Shown: piece after piece, positions 1 through 10,842 of the stretch
Numbering within the stretch: the stretch's first letter is position 1
How the letters are laid out: every line of letters starts with the position of its first letter
From: Fibrobacteria bacterium
GTDB taxonomy: Bacteria; Fibrobacterota; Chitinivibrionia; Chitinivibrionales; FEN-1185
NCBI GenBank assembly: GCA_037447435.1
Contig: JBBIGR010000003.1
Span: 96,001-160,000 of the forward strand
Length of the DNA: 64,000 bases
Direction: 5' to 3'
Notes under the pieces: model-generated
The model's database searches: none
What the model was told of the DNA's origin: nothing
Seen by the model: only the letters and a program-made list of their open reading frames with translations
Program-made: the position numbers and the translations under genes

Positions 1-20
1 ATTGATCTAATAATTTATAA

Positions 21-34
21 GGCATGGAAATTGC
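21..34 (+). promoter_or_regulatory. sigma54 (-24/-12) promoter motif upstream of the TCA operon
   Basis: GGCATGGAAATTGC = GG-N10-GC with TTGC, 36 nt upstream of the fumC ATG at 71. Confidence 0.6.
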
Positions 35-70
35 GTTTTATTGCTAATTTTAAAATGGGGTAAATCTTTA

Positions 71-1462
71 ATGGCTTTCCGAATTGAAAAAGACTCGATG
101 GGTGAAATGTATGTTCCCGATGAATGTTATTGGGGAGCGCAAACCGAAAGGTCTATAAAATTTTTTAATATCGGCGACGAAACCATGCCTCATGAAATCA
201 TAGAGGCCTTCGGGGTTTTAAAAAAGGCATGTGCGATAGTCAATCAAGACCTCGGTTTGCTTTCGGAATTAAAAGCCGAAGCTATAATACGGGCTTGCGA
301 CGAAGTAATCGAAGGTAAGTTTTTGTCTCAATTTCCCCTGAGCGTATGGCAGACCGGCAGCGGAACGCAAACCAACATGAATGTGAACGAGGTTGTGGCG
401 AACCGGGGAATCGAAATATTGGGTGGAGTCAAAGGGCGTAAATCGCCAATTCATCCCAATGACGATGTTAATTTATCGCAATCGTCAAATGATACGTTTC
501 CTTCGGCCATGCATATTAGTGCGGTAAAATCGATAAGAGAAAAACTGGTCCCCGCCGTAATCGAGCTGCAATCGGCATTTGAAATGAAAAGCAGGGAATT
601 TTCTTCTATTGTCAAAATAGGGCGAACCCATTTGATGGATGCGGTACCTTTAACGCTCGGGCAGGAGTTTTCCGGCTATGCAAAGCAACTGAAATACGGC
701 ATTGAAAGGATAGAGCAATGCCTTCCTCAGCTGTACCGTTTGGCGTTGGGCGGCACCGCGGTGGGAACAGGATTGAATTGTCCAAAAGATTTTCCCGATA
801 TGGTTTCTCATGTCATAGCAAATTTGACCGGATACCCGTTTGTTTCCGCAGAAAACAAATTCGAAGCTTTGGCAGCGCATGACTCTATCGTGCAAACAAG
901 CGGTGCGCTAAAAACTCTTGCAGTTTCACTAATGAAAATAGCCAATGATGTCCGATGGTTGGCATCCGGACCGCGTTGCGGTATCGGAGAACTCATGCTG
1001 CCTCAAAATGAACCGGGAAGTTCGATCATGCCGGGCAAGGTAAACCCTACTCAAACCGAAGCGCTTACCATGATTGCCGTCCAGGTGATGGGCAATGATG
1101 CGACAATAGCTTTTGCCGGAGCTTCCGGCAATTTTGAACTCAATGTTTACAAGCCTGTTTTAATTTATAATTTGCTTCAGTCGATACGGCTTTTGTCGGA
1201 CGGATGTAAAAGCTTCAATGAATTTTGCGTAAAAGGAATTCGCGCAAACGAAACAGTGATCGCGAACCATGTCTCGAATTCCCTCATGCTGGTGACCGCT
1301 TTGAATTCTCATATCGGCTACGATCGGGCGGCACTCATTGCCCGCAAAGCGTATGACGAGAATATCACGTTAAAGTCCGCCGCCGTTTCGCTTGGAATTT
1401 TGACGGAAAATGAATTTGATGAATTTGTCAACCCTAATCGAATGACCGGACATCCCTTTTAG
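71..1462 (+). CDS. fumC: class II fumarate hydratase
   Basis: RIEKDSMG N-terminus, [24 protein letters not shown] signature; ATG at 71 preferred over TTG at 41. Confidence 0.97.
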   Translation: MAFRIEKDSMGEMYVPDECYWGAQTERSIKFFNIGDETMPHEIIEAFGVLKKACAIVNQDLGLLSELKAEAIIRACDEVIEGKFLSQFPLSVWQTGSGTQTNMNVNEVVANRGIEILGGVKGRKSPIHPNDDVNLSQSSNDTFPSAMHISAVKSIREKLVPAVIELQSAFEMKSREFSSIVKIGRTHLMDAVPLTLGQEFSGYAKQLKYGIERIEQCLPQLYRLALGGTAVGTGLNCPKDFPDMVSHVIANLTGYPFVSAENKFEALAAHDSIVQTSGALKTLAVSLMKIANDVRWLASGPRCGIGELMLPQNEPGSSIMPGKVNPTQTEALTMIAVQVMGNDATIAFAGASGNFELNVYKPVLIYNLLQSIRLLSDGCKSFNEFCVKGIRANETVIANHVSNSLMLVTALNSHIGYDRAALIARKAYDENITLKSAAVSLGILTENEFDEFVNPNRMTGHPF

Positions 1463-1480
1463 CCCGAAAGGATATTTTTC

Positions 1481-3400
1481 ATGAAGGATACAATTACCGA
1501 AAAGCTTTTACTTTCACATTTGGCAGAGGGAACGCTTCGGCCGGGAGAAGAAATCGGATTACGCATCGATCAGACCTTGACGCAGGATGCGACCGGGACG
1601 ATGGCGTACCTTGAGTTCGAATCGATGGGTATTTCACGCGTCAATGTCGGTTGTGCGGTAAGCTATGTCGATCACAATATTATACAAACCGATTCCCGCA
1701 ATGCGGACGATCACCGCTTTCTCCAATCCTGCGCTTCAAAATTCGGGGTCATTTACTCGGGTCCGGGAAACGGGGTTTCGCATCATGTTCATCGGCAACG
1801 CTTCGGAATTCCGGGACAAACCCTCTTGGGTTCCGATAGTCACACAACAACCGGGGGCTGTTTGGGGATGCTGGCAATCGGTGCCGGCGGCATCGAGGTT
1901 GCATTGGCAATGGCGGGCAAACCGTATCATATAATAACTCCGCTCGTTTGGGGAATTTACGTTGAGGGAACATTACAGCCGTATGTCTCCGGTAAAGACG
2001 TCATTCTTGAATTGTTACGCCGATACACCTGCAACGGCGGAACGGGAAAAGTGATAGAATTCTTCGGACCCGGCGTTGCAAATCTTGACATGAGCGCAAG
2101 AGCGACAATCGCAAACATGGCGGTCGATATGGGATGCACGGCCGGGGTTTTTCCTTCCGACCATATTACGAAAGAATATCTCGAACGCAATAACCGAGGG
2201 AACGACTGGAAAGAACTTTTGATTGGTCCTAAGCCGGAGTGGGATGAATTGACAAGAATGGATTTGGGTGCCGTTGAACCGTTGGTGGCGTGTCCATCCA
2301 ACCCGGATAATGTAAAACGGGCCGCAGACCTCGGCACTGTCGATGTTCATCAGGTTCTTTTAGGCTCGTCTTGCAACGGCAGTTATCGAGATTTCATGAT
2401 TGCATCCAAAATTGTTGCAGGCAAAACCAAACACCCGAACGTCGATTTCGAGATCAATACGGGAAGCCGACAAACATTGGTTAATGTAATGATGATGGGG
2501 GGGACTCGCGCGTTTATCGAAGCCGGAGCGCGCATCCATGAGCCGGGTTGTCTGGGCTGCATCGGAATGGGGCAGGCTCCTGCAACGGGGACCGTTTCCC
2601 TGAGAACGTTTCCCCGGAATTTTAAAGGGCGCAGCGGAACCAAGGATGATCAAGTGTATTTATGTTCGCCCGAAACCGCGGCAGTGTCGGCATTGACGGG
2701 AAAAATTACCGACCCTCGAACTTTGGGTAAGGAAACCTATCCTTCTATCGAAACGCCGAAAACCTATTTTTTCAAATCGGAATGGTTTATCGCGCCTGCC
2801 AAGGAAGGTGAAGAAGTAGAAATACTCCGCGGACCCAATATTAAACCGTTTCCGAGGTTTGCCAGAATGCCGGATTCCTTATCCGGAGAGGTATTGATAA
2901 AAGTTGGCGATAATATCAGTACCGACACGATAATGCCTGCCGGAAACAGGGTTCTGCCTTTACGGAGCAATATTCCGGCAATAAGCGAATTCGTATTTGA
3001 ATCCGTCGATCCTGCATTTGCAAAGCGGGCACGTGAACATGCCGATGGTATTGTGATCGCAGGGAATAACTACGGACAAGGGTCTTCGCGCGAACATGCC
3101 GCACTTGCGCCGCGATATTTGGGAGTTATCGTAAAAATCGCCAAAAGTTTTGCCCGTATTCATAAGGCGAATCTTATCAATTTCGGTATTGTGCCGCTGG
3201 TCTTTAAAAATCCGGAGGATTACAATATTATCAATCAGGGAAACAAACTTGTTTTCAAAGATATTCGAAAATCAATTGAAAACGGTTCTACGGAAATCAA
3301 GGTTAGTGTCGACGGAAAGGATATCGTGACGATACTCGATATTTCTCAAAGGCAACGAACCGTGTTATTGTGCGGCGGCATTCTGAATGTGGATAATTAA
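1481..3400 (+). CDS. aconitate hydratase (short ~640 aa type)
   Basis: QDATG, DHN, GSDSHT, GSSCNG, GCLGCIGMG Fe-S ligands, NYGQGSSRE swivel motif. Confidence 0.93.
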   Translation: MKDTITEKLLLSHLAEGTLRPGEEIGLRIDQTLTQDATGTMAYLEFESMGISRVNVGCAVSYVDHNIIQTDSRNADDHRFLQSCASKFGVIYSGPGNGVSHHVHRQRFGIPGQTLLGSDSHTTTGGCLGMLAIGAGGIEVALAMAGKPYHIITPLVWGIYVEGTLQPYVSGKDVILELLRRYTCNGGTGKVIEFFGPGVANLDMSARATIANMAVDMGCTAGVFPSDHITKEYLERNNRGNDWKELLIGPKPEWDELTRMDLGAVEPLVACPSNPDNVKRAADLGTVDVHQVLLGSSCNGSYRDFMIASKIVAGKTKHPNVDFEINTGSRQTLVNVMMMGGTRAFIEAGARIHEPGCLGCIGMGQAPATGTVSLRTFPRNFKGRSGTKDDQVYLCSPETAAVSALTGKITDPRTLGKETYPSIETPKTYFFKSEWFIAPAKEGEEVEILRGPNIKPFPRFARMPDSLSGEVLIKVGDNISTDTIMPAGNRVLPLRSNIPAISEFVFESVDPAFAKRAREHADGIVIAGNNYGQGSSREHAALAPRYLGVIVKIAKSFARIHKANLINFGIVPLVFKNPEDYNIINQGNKLVFKDIRKSIENGSTEIKVSVDGKDIVTILDISQRQRTVLLCGGILNVDN

Positions 3401-3453
3401 TTCAATGATCATAAGCAAAATATACGGACGATTTTAAGGGGAAGGCCAACAAT

Positions 3454-6198
3454 TTGGACAATCTTGGGTATGTCGAAGACCTATTCTCTCAATGGCAAAA
3501 GGATCATGGAAGCGTCGGCAAAGAGTGGGATAATTTTTTTTCCGAAACGAAGCCGAATTCTTTGCCTCAAAAGGCCGTTGAACGGACCTCCGCATCCGCA
3601 TTGGACGTTTTGCAGCCGTATCAACTCATAGAGCAAAGCCGGGTCGATCGGCTATTATGGGCCTATCGCGATGTCGGGTATTTATATTCGCAACTCAATC
3701 CGCTCGGCGATTTTTCTCCTGATCACAGCTATCTCCCGTACGAGGACCATGGGGATTACGAGCGCTTGACTCTTGATGAATTCGGCATTCCGCCCGAAGA
3801 CCTGGATCTCGTATTCTTTGCCGGACGATCGATGCAACCGTCCACCGCACCGCTCCGAACGATAATCGAAGGCTTCCGGAAAACGTATTGTTCGTCAATA
3901 GGCGTCGAATTTCTTCATATTCAGAAAAAAAATATCCGGCGTTGGCTCATCGATGCCATGGAATCGACATACAATCATCCGGCCGTATCAATGTCGCAAA
4001 AGCAAACGATATTAAGGGATTTGATCCGGACTGAGGAACTTGAACACTTTCTGGATTCTTTCTTTTTAGGACAAAAGCGGTTCTCGCTCGAAGGGTCGGA
4101 ATCGCTTATTCCGGCGCTTCATTTTTTAGTGGATTCGGCAGCCATGCAAGGAATCAAAGATATCGTCATCGGAACGACCCATCGGGGGCGATTGTCTATT
4201 CTGACGACGATACTTAACATGTCGGAAGAAGAACTCTTTTCACGTTTCGACGAAAACTATCATCTCGGCATGTACGGGGGATCGGGCGATGTAAAATATC
4301 ATATCGGGTATAAAACCGTACATGTTAATAATGACGGCAGTTCGATAAATGTCACCTTGGCATCCAATCCAAGCCATCTTGAGTCGGTGGATCCGGTCAT
4401 AGAGGGCCTGGCCAGAGCGATACAAGACAAGTCGCAGGATACGGATCGCAAACAAGTCGTCCCTGTCCTCATTCACGGTGACGCGGCAATTTGCGGACAG
4501 GGCGTTGTTGCGGAAACATTTAATTTATCGCGCTTGTCCGGTTATTCCACGGGCGGCACTATCCACATCGTCATCAATAATCAAATCGGATTTACCACGC
4601 CTTCACGGAGCGGTCGTTCGACTTTTTTTCCTACCGATGTCGCAAAAATGTTACCAATCCCCATTTTCCATGTCAATGGCGATAATCCGGAGTCGATTGT
4701 TTATATAATGGATCTGGCTCTTCGTTTCAGACAAGCTTTTGGTATGGATTGCGTTATCGATATTTTTTGCTACAGACGCCACGGGCACAACGAAGGCGAC
4801 GAGCCGGCATTTACGCATCCCCGCATGTATCAACTGATCGGTCAACATGCGAGTATAGCGACATTGTACGGAGAAAATTGCGACCAGCAAGGGGTTTTGA
4901 GCAAGCAGGAACAGCAGCAATTGCGGCAAACGTATCACGATGAGCTTAAGACGTCTCTTGACAAGGCCCGCCAGGTGAATCATAGCGGCGACCTTTTATC
5001 TCAAAGTCGGGCGCCGGACACGGAAACGCAAAAAAAAACCGTTGTTTCGGTTTCCGAGGAAACGTTGAGGGCCATTGCAGCAGGCGTCACGACGGTTCCC
5101 GAAGGGTTTCATATTCATCCGAAGCTCCTTCAAATACTAAATAATAAGGTGAGGTTGCTTGGAGAGAAAAATCTGGTCGATTGGGCGCTGGCGGAATCTT
5201 TGGCAATCGGATCGTTGCTTTTAAATAATGTACCGGTGCGGATAAGCGGACAAGACAGCGAGCGCGGTACGTTTTCTCAACGGCATTTGACATGGTGGGA
5301 CATCGAAAGTCCTTCTCCTCATCCATTTACGCCGCTTAATGCGCTTAAAAAAGGGCAAGCTGATTTGCGATTGTTCGATAGCCCCTTGTCCGAATTTTCA
5401 GTGCTCGGTTTTGAATACGGTTATTCCCTGGGCGATCCGGATACATTGACAATATGGGAAGCTCAATTCGGGGACTTTGCAAACGGAGCGCAGGTGATAA
5501 TAGACAATTATCTCTGTTGTGCCGAGAGTAAATGGCAACAAAAGAGCGGCCTTGTTTTATTATTGCCGCATGCAAATGAAGGGCAAGGACCGGATCATTC
5601 GAGCGCCCATTTAGAACGTTTTTTGCAATTGTGCGCGCAGGATAATATTCAGGTTTGCAATGTTACAACCCCCGCGCAATATTTTCATTTATTGCGCCGT
5701 CAAGCAATGGCGGAGAATAAAAAGCCCCTTGTGTTAATGTCTCCCAAAAGTTTACTGAGGCATCCGTTGGTTGTTTCATATATATCGGACTTGGCAGCGG
5801 GCGTTTTCACACCCGTTTTGGACGATTCCTGGAAAACCGAATCGGCCTCACGAGTGCTATTATGTTCGGGAAAAGTGTATTACGATCTGAATGAACATAG
5901 GGAGAAAGCGGCAAAATCTAATGTGGCAATAATCAGGATAGAACAATTGTATCCGTTTCCATTTAAAGAAATTAAAGCCGTTTTAGGCCGATACGGTACA
6001 AAAAAAGAGGTTTTCTGGGTTCAGGAAGAACATAAAAACTACGGTGCATGGCATTATGTCAACGACCGGTTTTCCGAGGACTTTCCTGAGATAAAATTGC
6101 GGTATTGCGGCAGGCCCGAATCCGCAAGTGCGGCGAGCGGTAAGCTCAAGGTTCATCGTGAAGAACAAAAGGCATTAGTGGAAAATGCTTTTGCTTGA
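3454..6198 (+). CDS. sucA: 2-oxoglutarate dehydrogenase E1
   Basis: KRFSLEG, GDVKYH, NPSHLE, HGDAA..GQG ThDP motif, SGQDSERGTFSQRH, WEAQFGDFANGAQ. Confidence 0.96.
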   Translation: MDNLGYVEDLFSQWQKDHGSVGKEWDNFFSETKPNSLPQKAVERTSASALDVLQPYQLIEQSRVDRLLWAYRDVGYLYSQLNPLGDFSPDHSYLPYEDHGDYERLTLDEFGIPPEDLDLVFFAGRSMQPSTAPLRTIIEGFRKTYCSSIGVEFLHIQKKNIRRWLIDAMESTYNHPAVSMSQKQTILRDLIRTEELEHFLDSFFLGQKRFSLEGSESLIPALHFLVDSAAMQGIKDIVIGTTHRGRLSILTTILNMSEEELFSRFDENYHLGMYGGSGDVKYHIGYKTVHVNNDGSSINVTLASNPSHLESVDPVIEGLARAIQDKSQDTDRKQVVPVLIHGDAAICGQGVVAETFNLSRLSGYSTGGTIHIVINNQIGFTTPSRSGRSTFFPTDVAKMLPIPIFHVNGDNPESIVYIMDLALRFRQAFGMDCVIDIFCYRRHGHNEGDEPAFTHPRMYQLIGQHASIATLYGENCDQQGVLSKQEQQQLRQTYHDELKTSLDKARQVNHSGDLLSQSRAPDTETQKKTVVSVSEETLRAIAAGVTTVPEGFHIHPKLLQILNNKVRLLGEKNLVDWALAESLAIGSLLLNNVPVRISGQDSERGTFSQRHLTWWDIESPSPHPFTPLNALKKGQADLRLFDSPLSEFSVLGFEYGYSLGDPDTLTIWEAQFGDFANGAQVIIDNYLCCAESKWQQKSGLVLLLPHANEGQGPDHSSAHLERFLQLCAQDNIQVCNVTTPAQYFHLLRRQAMAENKKPLVLMSPKSLLRHPLVVSYISDLAAGVFTPVLDDSWKTESASRVLLCSGKVYYDLNEHREKAAKSNVAIIRIEQLYPFPFKEIKAVLGRYGTKKEVFWVQEEHKNYGAWHYVNDRFSEDFPEIKLRYCGRPESASAASGKLKVHREEQKALVENAFA

Positions 6199-6270
6199 AC
6201 CACAAAAGAAGCAAAGGTGTTTTGCGTATCCAGCATAAATAAATCCAATTTTGAGGAAATCAGAGGACGT

Positions 6271-7335
6271 ATGAAAAAAAGTATTCTTGTACCCGAAATC
6301 GGCGAGGCGGTAAGTAAGGGAACTATTGTTGAATGGTTAAAGCAAAATGGAGACGCCATTATTCAGGGTGAACCGTTGTTCGAATTGGAAACCGATAAAG
6401 CTACGGTCATTGTGCCGGCACCCGAAAACGGGGAATTGGAAATACTGGTTTTAAAGGGCACCGAAGTGAATATCGGTCAGGCTGTCGCAAACGTCGATAC
6501 CGCTATTATAAAGGCGGAGGAAAAATCCGTGCCGATTTCGGAAGCAGGCTCGGCAAAAACTTCAAAACCCATCGAGGATCCGGTTGTCCCTAAAACCGCA
6601 CCCGTGATATCTAACGTCAATGCACCTTCCGAAGAGGCTTTGCAAACGCGGGTTCCCATGACGGCATTGCGCAAAAAGACTGCCGAACGGCTCATTCTCG
6701 CACGTAGCCGGGCGGTTCATGTCACGACGTATAATGAGATAGACATGAGCAAAGTTATTGCTATACGTTCGCATTATCAGGATTCATTTGAAAAGGAACA
6801 CGGTATTAAAATCGGGTACATGTCTTTCTTTGTCAAGGCCTGCTGCAAGGCGCTTTCCATGCATAAGGAACTCAATGCGCAAATCGACAACGATGATATC
6901 GTTTATAATAATTATTATGACATCGGCGTCGCAATTTCATTGGATAGAGGTCTTGTCGTTCCGGTAATTCGCAAAGCGGATACTCTCACGTTCGCGGGAA
7001 TCGAGTCTTCGATTGCCGAACTTGCGAAACGCGCAAGAAATAAGCTCCTAACGCCAAACGAATTGCAGGGAGGCACCTTTACAATTACTAACGGCGGCGT
7101 ATTCGGATCGTTACTGTCGACACCAGTTCCCGCGTTTCCCCAGGTTGCGATCGTCGGTATGCATTCCATTAAGAAACGGGCCGTGGTTGTGGACGATCAA
7201 ATCACGATAAGGCCGATGATGTATGTTGCGCTGACCTACGATCACCGGATCGTCGATGGCCGAGAGGCCATCGGTTTTTTAGTAAAAGTAAAGGAGTTTA
7301 TTGAAGAGCCCGATACATTACTTCTCGAGATGTGA
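6271..7335 (+). CDS. sucB: dihydrolipoamide succinyltransferase E2
   Basis: lipoyl ETDKA, GGTFTITNGGVFGSL, YDHRIVDG catalytic motif; ATG at 6271 after GAGG. Confidence 0.95.
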   Translation: MKKSILVPEIGEAVSKGTIVEWLKQNGDAIIQGEPLFELETDKATVIVPAPENGELEILVLKGTEVNIGQAVANVDTAIIKAEEKSVPISEAGSAKTSKPIEDPVVPKTAPVISNVNAPSEEALQTRVPMTALRKKTAERLILARSRAVHVTTYNEIDMSKVIAIRSHYQDSFEKEHGIKIGYMSFFVKACCKALSMHKELNAQIDNDDIVYNNYYDIGVAISLDRGLVVPVIRKADTLTFAGIESSIAELAKRARNKLLTPNELQGGTFTITNGGVFGSLLSTPVPAFPQVAIVGMHSIKKRAVVVDDQITIRPMMYVALTYDHRIVDGREAIGFLVKVKEFIEEPDTLLLEM

Positions 7336-7360
7336 AAACCCAAAAAAAGGAGATGCTCCT

Positions 7361-8503
7361 ATGTCGGAAACCGTGTATTCAAAAGGTTTGGAAGGCGTTA
7401 TTGCCGGGGAATCGGCAATTTGTCAAATCGACGGGCAAAATGGAAAACTGTATTATCGCGGATATGAAATTAATGAGTTGGTGGCGAAATCAAATTACGA
7501 AGAGATCGTTTATTTGCTTTTGTTCGAAGATATGCCCACTGCTTCGGAGTTTGCGGAATTTACAAAAAACCTGAAGTCCGGAAGGCATATTGTACCGCCG
7601 ATTCAGGAAATGATACGTAATTTCCCGCCCGCAGGAGATCCAATGGAGTTACTGCAATCGGTTATGTCGTATTTGAGCGGCTATGTTGCCCATAAGATTA
7701 AGCATTCGGCGACCTGTAATTGCAGGCAAACGCTTCATCAAATTGCGCAGCTTTCCACGGTTATTGCGACATATCAACGGTTTAAGGAAGGAAAGTCGTA
7801 TGTTGCTCCGCGCGAAGATCTGTCGCACGGTGCCAATTTTCTGTATATGCTCCGCGGTGAGGAACCTCTGCCCTACGAGGCCGACATAATGGACAAATGT
7901 TTGATACTCCATGCGGAGCACGGTTTCAATGCATCGACCTTTACCGCACGGGTCGTTGCCTCAAGTCTTTCGACTTGCTATAGCAGCATTTCGGCCGCCA
8001 TTGGCTCTCTTCGCGGTCCGTTGCACGGCGGAGCGAACCAGGAAGTGTTGGAAATGATCACGGATATCGGAAATGTTTACAATGTAGATACTTGGCTCGA
8101 TAAAGCGCTTTTGGAAAAACGTAAAATTATGGGGATGGGCCATAGGGAATATAAAATCAAAGATCCCCGTTCGTATGTCATGGAAGGATTTTTACAACAA
8201 TTATCCGAAAAAAAAGGTGATTCCCGGTACCTGTCGATTCTTACCAAACTGGAGAAAAGCTTCCGGTCCCGCATGGATGTAAAAGGTAAGCCGCTTTATC
8301 CGAATGTCGATTATTATTCCGGTGCCGTGTATTCCCTGCTCGGTATTCCCACGTATTTATTTTCGCCGATTTTTGCCATGTCCCGTTCGGCGGGATGGCT
8401 TTCTCATATTCTTGAGCAGCGTAAGGATAACCGGATTTTCCGGCCCGAATGTTTATATACCGGACCACAGCCGCGAGAATATGTGGCTATAAACGGAAGG
8501 TAA
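7361..8503 (+). CDS. citrate synthase (type I / 2-methylcitrate synthase family)
   Basis: GLEGV, LYYRGY, HGFNASTF, GPLHGGAN, MGMGHR, YPNVDY; ATG 7361 after AAGGAG. Confidence 0.93.
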   Translation: MSETVYSKGLEGVIAGESAICQIDGQNGKLYYRGYEINELVAKSNYEEIVYLLLFEDMPTASEFAEFTKNLKSGRHIVPPIQEMIRNFPPAGDPMELLQSVMSYLSGYVAHKIKHSATCNCRQTLHQIAQLSTVIATYQRFKEGKSYVAPREDLSHGANFLYMLRGEEPLPYEADIMDKCLILHAEHGFNASTFTARVVASSLSTCYSSISAAIGSLRGPLHGGANQEVLEMITDIGNVYNVDTWLDKALLEKRKIMGMGHREYKIKDPRSYVMEGFLQQLSEKKGDSRYLSILTKLEKSFRSRMDVKGKPLYPNVDYYSGAVYSLLGIPTYLFSPIFAMSRSAGWLSHILEQRKDNRIFRPECLYTGPQPREYVAINGR

Positions 8504-8509
8504 TACTGT

Positions 8510-9577
8510 ATGTCAAGCGAAACGCCTTCATTAGAAGACATCCGTGAACGAGCAAAAGTAAAGCTCAAGGGGATTTGCGGCGTATATAGGAATTGCGACG
8601 GCCAGGATGTGCGGTTGTGTCAAGGGCACGCATACGGTTCGCCAATCGGCATAGGCGGCATAGGAAGCGGTGCATCATTTGCCAACAACTTCAAGGCTCT
8701 TGAAAAAATCCGGTTGAAAACGAGCCTTATCGGCGGTGAGTTTCAAACCGATACCGAGTTTGATTTTTTCGGGAAAAAGTTAGCTATGCCCATTATGGCT
8801 GCAAGCGTGAGCGGCGTCAACAGTTTCGGCGGAGATGAGGTGATTTCCGAAGCGGAATTTTGCCGGTCGGTTGTTTGTGGAAGCAAGCAGGCCGACACGC
8901 TCGGATGGCGCGGCGATTCCTTTAATTATACTTTGGAAACTCCTTGGGGAATAAACGCCATAGCCGAAGCCGATGGGTGCGGCGTGCAAATTATTAAGCC
9001 GAGAGAGCAGTCGGTCATTTTGGAGTTTTTTAAAAAGGCCGAGTCGGCCAAATGCATTGCCGTCGGGGTGGATGTCGACGGATATGGATCGAACGCGATG
9101 GCGCGTCATAATCAGCCGGTATTCCGAAAATCCGTAAATGACCTTAAGGAATTAGTTGAGTCTACGTATTTACCGGTAATAATAAAAGGAATCATGACGG
9201 TTGAGGACGCGATTGCTGCCGCAAACGCAGGCGCTGCAGCAATCGTCGTTTCCAATCATGGCGGCAGGGTTCTTGACCACACGCCCGGTACGGCAGAAGT
9301 TCTTCCTGCCATTGTCAAGGCGGTTGGCCAAAAAACGATGGTGATTTCCGATGGCGGAATCCGGACCGGTTACGATGCGCTCAAAATGCTTGCTTTAGGC
9401 GCAAAAGCGGTTCTCGTTGGCCGGGACATTGTCCGCGCAGCGGTTGGCGCACAAACGGATGGTGTTTATGTACAAATGAAATACTTAGGGGACGATTTAA
9501 AAAGAGCGATGAAAATGACCGGATGCGCAACTCTTAAAAGCATCACTTCTTCGGTTATATATGCTGATGCTATATGA
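8510..9577 (+). CDS. FMN-dependent alpha-hydroxy-acid oxidase/dehydrogenase family protein
   Basis: PVIIKGI, VSNHGGRVLD, DGGIRTG, LALGAKAVLVGR; Cys-containing N-terminus. Confidence 0.88.
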   Translation: MSSETPSLEDIRERAKVKLKGICGVYRNCDGQDVRLCQGHAYGSPIGIGGIGSGASFANNFKALEKIRLKTSLIGGEFQTDTEFDFFGKKLAMPIMAASVSGVNSFGGDEVISEAEFCRSVVCGSKQADTLGWRGDSFNYTLETPWGINAIAEADGCGVQIIKPREQSVILEFFKKAESAKCIAVGVDVDGYGSNAMARHNQPVFRKSVNDLKELVESTYLPVIIKGIMTVEDAIAAANAGAAAIVVSNHGGRVLDHTPGTAEVLPAIVKAVGQKTMVISDGGIRTGYDALKMLALGAKAVLVGRDIVRAAVGAQTDGVYVQMKYLGDDLKRAMKMTGCATLKSITSSVIYADAI

Positions 9578-10064
9578 TGTCTTGCAGCCAGGTTTTCCAA
9601 ATGCCTGGTGAGGAATCAGGTATATCCACGGCATCAACCGCTCTTTTGTAATAATCGGCTGGCCCGACCCCGCCGATTATTGCGTATCCATAGCCCTTGG
9701 ATTTCATGTCCTGAAGGCTTGCCATGAGCAAGGCCGTACCGACGCCTTTACGCCTGTACTTCCCGTCAACACCCGTCGGACCAAAATAGCCCAGCGCGGT
9801 AGCATCGTAGCAGGAAAACCCGATGCACGAGTTGCCCTTAATTGCAATAAAACAGGTTGCGGGTCTGTTACAAAGGGCGTTATCTGTTTCACTAGCCCAT
9901 GCACGATTGAATTTTTCCTTTACCCACTGAATAATGAGGTTTTTTTCCGGGCCAATCGGCTTACGAACGGTGATACCCAGTTCTTTTAGCGGCTCGATGT
10001 AAGATTTGTCCTCGGAAATGTTGTATAACTTAACCAACATGTCGTGCACGATAAATATTCCCAT
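9570..10064 (-). CDS. GNAT N-acetyltransferase
   Basis: FGPTGVDGKYRRKGVGTALL acetyl-CoA motif A, GYGYAIIG. Confidence 0.88.
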   Translation of the reverse strand: MGIFIVHDMLVKLYNISEDKSYIEPLKELGITVRKPIGPEKNLIIQWVKEKFNRAWASETDNALCNRPATCFIAIKGNSCIGFSCYDATALGYFGPTGVDGKYRRKGVGTALLMASLQDMKSKGYGYAIIGGVGPADYYKRAVDAVDIPDSSPGIWKTWLQDII

Positions 10065-10246
10065 CTAGTAATGCTTTAAGTATACATTTTGTTCGGGATG
10101 TAAAAAAATATTTACGTAAAGAAAATAAAGGGGGGCGACAAGACAATATTGTGCAATATGCCAATTTGCAAAATTAAGCTGATTTGCGCTAGCCAATGCT
10201 TTTTTTGCAATCGCCAATTTATTCGAAGGCTAAGGGCGGTATCAAT

Positions 10247-10807
10247 CTAAAATTCCCTTACCGTGGTCGACGAAGCTCGGCAGCGGAAAATTTTTTTTTC
10301 AATAAAACCAAGATGTCCGCTTTGGAGCTGTGCCAAGTAATCGAAAAGAATTTTTGTCAATGGTGCTGTATTATGCTTGGCGAGTTCATTGTATAATTCA
10401 AAATTCCGAAGTTCTTTTTTATACGCAAAGGAATAGGTGTCTTCAACGGATGAAATCAGAGAATCGTCTACCGGGATTTCGTAATGCGGGTGTGAAATGA
10501 TACTTCGTTTCTTAAAGTCTTTGAATATTCCGTTTCCGCCAATTCTGTAATAAAAATATAATTTTTCCGATTCCAATCGTTTCCTATCGGACAATTCGCA
10601 TAAAAATGTGCGTCGTTCATCTTTTATTGGAATCGACGATACGATGCTTTCATACGATTCCGCATCCCTAAGGCTTCTCCGGAACGCAAAATACAGATTT
10701 CGACTCATTGCTTTTTCAAAAGGATCCGATGCCACATAGTAGCCGATTCTGTTTAACGGATTATATGAAAAAACGCTCGTATCATTATCGACGACAGGGT
10801 ATTCCAT
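10247..10807 (-). CDS. ferritin/rubrerythrin-like protein, degenerate
   Basis: two helix pairs (FAYKKELRNFELYNELA...LFDYLAQLQSGH); AGGAGG RBS before ATG at 10807. Confidence 0.6.
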   Translation of the reverse strand: MEYPVVDNDTSVFSYNPLNRIGYYVASDPFEKAMSRNLYFAFRRSLRDAESYESIVSSIPIKDERRTFLCELSDRKRLESEKLYFYYRIGGNGIFKDFKKRSIISHPHYEIPVDDSLISSVEDTYSFAYKKELRNFELYNELAKHNTAPLTKILFDYLAQLQSGHLGFIEKKIFRCRASSTTVREF

Positions 10808-10842
10808 ACAACCTCCTTCGGAAAACCGTCCATTAATTTCGG

